From Antedon mediterranea (taxonomy: Eukaryota > Animalia > Echinodermata): a stretch of 64,000 bases of DNA. Position 1 is the first letter of the stretch; the number at the start of each line of letters is the position of its first letter. A program made the translations under genes and the position numbers. The notes beneath the pieces are model-generated. The model did no database searches. It saw only the letters and a program-made list of their open reading frames with translations, and was not told the DNA's origin. The stretch is taken from contig NC_092677.1 in assembly GCF_964355755.1 (NCBI RefSeq), positions 7,772,101 to 7,836,100 on the forward strand, written 5' to 3'. Shown piece by piece: positions 39,671 through 64,000 of this stretch.

Positions 39671-39911
39671 CAGAACACATTATGTGATTCGGCTCATTTC
39701 AATTTATAAAAAAATTTCGAAATTTAAAGTGTTAGATAATTTACTTTCTAATTTGAGAATTATTTTCCCTTGTAAGTATATAACTTATATAACATTTTAT
39801 AATAAACACAACAGGCAAAGAACATTAATTCTAAACCCGCCTGTGATATACTGAAATGTAATTAATTAATTTACAACGATAAGATGAAGAAATCTGTAAG
39901 AATGTGTAAAA

Positions 39912-39980
39912 GTCGCCCCAACCGAGACTCGAACCCGGACCTTCTGCTTGATATGTAGCTGTCCTAACCATAATAACTAT
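39912..39980 (-). mobile_element. tRNA-derived SINE-like head
   Basis: Minus strand reads 'tagttattatggttagg...gggttcgagtctcggttggggcgact' (A-box and B-box like). A related fragment lies on + at ~1055-1090. Confidence 0.45.
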
Positions 39981-41099
39981 ACATAATCACTACTAATGAA
40001 AATACTTTGGTAAAATAAGTTATAGTTATATATAAAACACTGATGGGTAGACTAAATGCAAGCGAAAATGCATCTTGAGATGAGTAGTAGTAGTCTTGTT
40101 TATTTTATTTCATTTATATGTAATTTTTACTTTCTATGGACCAGAGATTCCGAAATAAAATATTGAATGAATGAATGAATAACAGCACTGACAACATTTT
40201 CTTATGTATGAGAATCAGATTTTATTTAACTTTAGTTCAGTTATTTAAGATGTTACATACAATTTCTTTAAACTTAAATACTAAGCTATAAAGCAAAATA
40301 GGCAACCTCTAGTATTTTTAAATTACTGTTTAGTTTATCTGCTCATTTATCCACTCTTTTGTTTAGCTATTCTTCTGTTCATACACTAATATTTCTTTTA
40401 TTTACTTCATCCTTCATCCCTCCATTTATTTATACATATATACCATTCCTGTTGTTATAATCTGATTTATTCAATCTACAACTCTTAAACAATATTATAA
40501 TATAATAACACTCAAATCACACATTCAAATAAAAAAATACAATTAACATTTAGATTAAACACTAACAATATACTAATGAAATAAATACATTTATTAGGGA
40601 CCATGTAACAACTATTTTACTGCAGTTAATGCAGTAAACTACATTCGTTTATTGCAATAAAATATGATTTTAGGTTAGTATTTTAATGTTCATGAATAAA
40701 CAATGTGTAGGCCTATATTGTTAGCCAGATAAATCTTGCTTAATAATTACTTAAACAAGATAATTTACAATAAACAAAACATAGTACTGCAGTAACAGCA
40801 GTAGAAAAACTTTGAAATTGTCTGTTCACCACAAAAAAGTTAGTGTGAACTGAATATGCCTTTTATATCTAGACAGATTCTATGAAACCATGTCACATGT
40901 GTATCTAGAATCTAATTCTTATGATAATACTGGTCATGTATGTATCTATGTATCGTAGCATTTGCCTAGATACAAAAGGAACAACTGGATTAAATTTACC
41001 CTCAAATAAAATCAAATGATTGTTAGAATACAAAAAATGACAAAATACAAAATTTGCATAATACTTTTTATCCACCATATTTCTATTCTCAATCTAATT

Positions 41100-41240
41100 A
41101 AAGCTCTGTCTACACTCAAACTTTATGTGATAATAAAATGTGATATGCCCATATATGGACAAAATGATGTTATATTACTACCATATTTGGGCACATCACA
41201 CTTTTTTGTTAAACTAGTTTGATAGTGTAGATAGAGCTTT
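41100..41240. mobile_element. MITE with TIR AAGCTCTGTCTACACT (PIF/Harbinger-like flanks)
   Basis: 'aaagctctgtctacact...agtgtagatagagcttt'. Same family at 41362-41507, 45308-45473 and ~63445-63540. Confidence 0.75.
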
Positions 41241-41361
41241 AGAACTGCCTGTATTTGTTTTGAATTATCTGGCTGTACACAATCATAGAATCATCATAAC
41301 AGAACGATATAACTAAAAAGGTAAAAAAAATAAGAGAAGATACAAATGGACAGGATATAAA

Positions 41362-41507
41362 CTAGTGTGATGTGTCCAAATATGGTAGAGAAATGCCCAA
41401 ATATGGTAGATATATGAACAAATATGGTAGTGATATGACATCATTACGTCCATAAGGCACATCACATTTTTTTGTCACATAAAGTTTGATAGTGTAGACA
41501 GAGCTTA
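41362..41507. mobile_element. One-end-truncated copy of the same MITE
   Basis: Internal 'ccaaatatggtag' repeats; ends 'gatagtgtagacagagctta'. Confidence 0.7.
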
Positions 41508-43029
41508 AGGCTTCCCATGGACAGAGAAATATATTACCATGTCTCTGCCATGGATAATCCAGCAGAAATAGGTATAACAGAATATTTATGAAACATTGGC
41601 AGACCAAAAACTTTCTTGATAGAAAACATTGACAAGGAACTCTAGAAAGAAAGTCATCGAAAAAATAGAAACGATTAGCAAACACAATGTCTACACAAGA
41701 TGAATAGCATAGATGATGATATTTATTTTATTTATTGACCCTGGGAATTCTCAAACATTTCTAATCTAATTAAGATTAGACTGCCTATACTGGTATATTT
41801 TTATTTATTTACAAAAGACCCTGGGAATTGTCAAAAAATATTAGTAATACTGGAACGAGTATGAAATTAGTGAAACTATAAAATAGTGGTTCTAGAGTGA
41901 GAATATCATCATTTTTATATGTATGTATATACATATTTATTTATCTTTTTTTAAATTTAAAAACATATTAACCAGGATAACATAATCCATGTCTTTCCAT
42001 AAGGGTTGAAAAGAGTTTTTATAGATATGATAAAATTCAGTCTTCATTAGAATTTATTTAAATTCAATACTATTTAATTATGTTTTAACCAAAAATCATA
42101 TAATTAAAATTGAAAGACAAATTACTTAAATTTATATATAGATACTATTAACATTTAAACAAATAAAACACATACCATTTCAATAAAATCTTATATATCT
42201 GTTTTATATAGGTAAAAGGTTTTTCCAAGTAAAACAGTCTTTTCAAATATATATCTTTTCTTCTTCATAATATTTTTCCCAACCTTTGGTTTCACAAAAT
42301 ACATATAAAAAAGCTAACACATCTTTTACAATATTATATTTCAATATTAAATGTATATAATGTATTTTCTAAGGATCTGTGTATAGTGCAGCAGTACTGT
42401 ACTGGGATGTAATAAGGGTCATTTTGGGGTCAGCGCCTCTACAACACTTACTGCATTTTTTAATTATATTATATATTATTATACTGACTAAATACTTGAG
42501 TTGTAAAGACAATTTAGGAAAGATTCTATCAGCAAGATTCAAATATGTAAAGCCTGTGGAAATTCAATAAATGGTTTTTGTGAGGATTTTTCAACATCAT
42601 ATTTTATTTTCAGGTTCAATAACTCTATGCTTTGGATCCGTATGTGCGCAATAATGTAGCTAGGTCTAGATACAGTTAGGCCTAAATCAAGCACCCTGTA
42701 ATCATGCTCATGGCATTATACTTTGTTATCAATCTTTCTACTTCTTCTACTAAAATAGTTAAGAAATGTTTAAGTGAAAACTGAGGCTTTCATTTTAAAA
42801 CCAGGACTTCTTTTTACTCTATATTGGACTTTGTCATCCAAGATTGAAGAAAAAAAAATAGGTAAAACCATTTTCTTGGCTTAGTTTGTAAACTGACTTA
42901 AGCGAAATCATTGACTTAAAAAAAATTTAAGATAATATGGTTATTAAGCAGGTATGATAAATCTGACCACTGGTGATTTCAGGATGCTTTTCATACCTTT
43001 AAGTGTCTTCTTTCCTCCATCAATAAAAA

Positions 43030-62391
<19,362 letters not shown>

Positions 62392-63444
62392 TCTGCACAA
62401 TAGGCTTTTAGAATTTAGTTGAAAATCTGGATTTATAGATATTTTAAAGTAGAAAAAGAGCTAGGCCTACCGATCACATCCAAACACTCTGCTGACAGAT
62501 GGATCTGCCGATTGTTTGTTTACTAATTCTGCTGACGACCTCTATAATTTATTTAATATGGGACGCCATAAGAGTATTATTAGGAATTTTAATTATGTTC
62601 TTGCAATCTTGCTCAGGTATCTTCCAAAAATTGTTTCATATTGTCAACAAATCATTTTGATGACGTCTCTGAATATTGGCAAGTCATACGATGACATACA
62701 TCAACTTTCTGCGCTGTTGCATTGTTGGAAGATGTTTTATTACCGATTATCTCTGTTCTTCAATCACAAATGTCATATCTAAAAAAATGCATGACGAATT
62801 AAAATCTAGTTAGCACTTAATGACAGCCGTAACAAGACATAGGAGGAAAACAGATACAATGAATTGATACTATCTTCATTAGTAATAATTAGTTAGAGGT
62901 AAAGAGAAGTTCTAATAAACACAATGATTATGCATAACTACAGCAGTAAATTATAAAGGGTTCCCTTTAGGGCTGTTCAATATAACTTCACAATAGCCTA
63001 CTTTCCTACAATAATAGAAGTATGAATGAGTAGGCTTGTGTGCCAGTTACCATTGTTATTTTGAATTCCAGTGATTTAATATCACATAAAAGTTATATTC
63101 AAACAAATCGTTGAAGTTGAACGTTCCGCCTGTGTCTCTTACCCGTGCATTTAAATATTACAGGTTTAACCATTGAAACGGTAGCCTATCTGTTATGCAT
63201 CCCTGAGGTATGCATCCCATTACTGACTATGACCACTGCAAAATAATATTAATAAGGTTTTAAAGCAACACTATCAAATTGTAACAAAAAAATGTGTCCA
63301 TATACTCAAGATTCAATATTCAAGATTCAATTTATTGTCACATAATATTACATACATGAAATTTGTTTTCCTGAGCTTAGAAACATAGATACAATACAAT
63401 TTAAAACAATAATATAAAAACGTAACACCTTAACTAATTATCTC

Positions 63445-63540
63445 TATATATGAACATGATGATGTCATATCACTACCATATTTAAGCATATCACTACCGT
63501 ATTTGGGCACATCGCACTTTTTTGTCAAACTAGTTTGATC
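63445..63540. mobile_element. Internal fragment of the AAGCTCTGTCTACACT MITE family
   Basis: 'gatgtcatatcactaccatattt...gggcacatcgcacttttttgtcaaactagtttgat' matches 41150-41225. Confidence 0.6.
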
Positions 63541-64000
63541 ATGATGTAAATGTTTGCTTCCCATTATGACGCAATACAATGAGTGTATGTAATGATTAAT
63601 TATCAACCATCATTTTTTTTTTCGAACAATGTTAACATTTGAGAACCTTTTTTTTGTATTGTTGCAACAATTGGTGGCCTATAGATTGTGTGTGTGTGTG
63701 GAAATAAGTAAAAAGGGACTCTCTCACGAGCATACAAAACAGTAACAGTATAATGTAACAAATAATAGCAAAGTTCGATGGTTATTCTGTGAGCACCAAG
63801 ATTATATAGCATGTATAAAAGCTTTATTCATTTAAACCAATGATGTGGAGAGGAAGATAAAGGCAAAATATTGTTTCGATACCTTCACTTCAATTTGTCA
63901 TTGGAAAAGGATCAGCATTCCTGTGCTGCTACTTACACAACACAAACACTTACAGGATGAATCAAGTTGTATTTGTGGTAATACTGTTCTGTTTTGGGAA

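Noticed and set aside
39912-39980. Functional tRNA gene
   Set aside because: A and B boxes are present but I could not build a convincing cloverleaf; treated as SINE-like.
41516-41552. Third CATGG...CCATG footprint
   Set aside because: The flanks show no TSD and the arms differ from the P-like TIR.

Overview
AT-rich, intron-containing animal genomic DNA; the many TAGGCCTA/CTACTA tracts suggest a marine invertebrate such as an echinoderm (inference only). The window has three parts. (1) 3.3-7.7 kb, + strand: a spliced type-I membrane receptor (Ig-like, FN3, TM) with a repeat-containing cytoplasmic tail carrying ITIM-like tyrosine motifs. (2) 9146-39371: four head-to-tail, near-identical 7556-bp units. 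Each carries an intact 8-coding-exon gene of about 1251 aa that looks like a DUF6729-type protein with a D..D..DxxH..E transposase-like core. The array is embedded in palindromic 100-190 bp modules and has no clear TIRs or perfect TSD. (3) 43.0-62.4 kb, - strand: a complete AMP deaminase gene whose introns hold MITEs, P-element-like remnants and a minisatellite. The best candidate for an undescribed system is the tandem transposase-like array. Its gene also has a duplicated splice acceptor that predicts a truncated, catalytically dead isoform. All gene models were built by eye from GT-AG sites and reading-frame phase.
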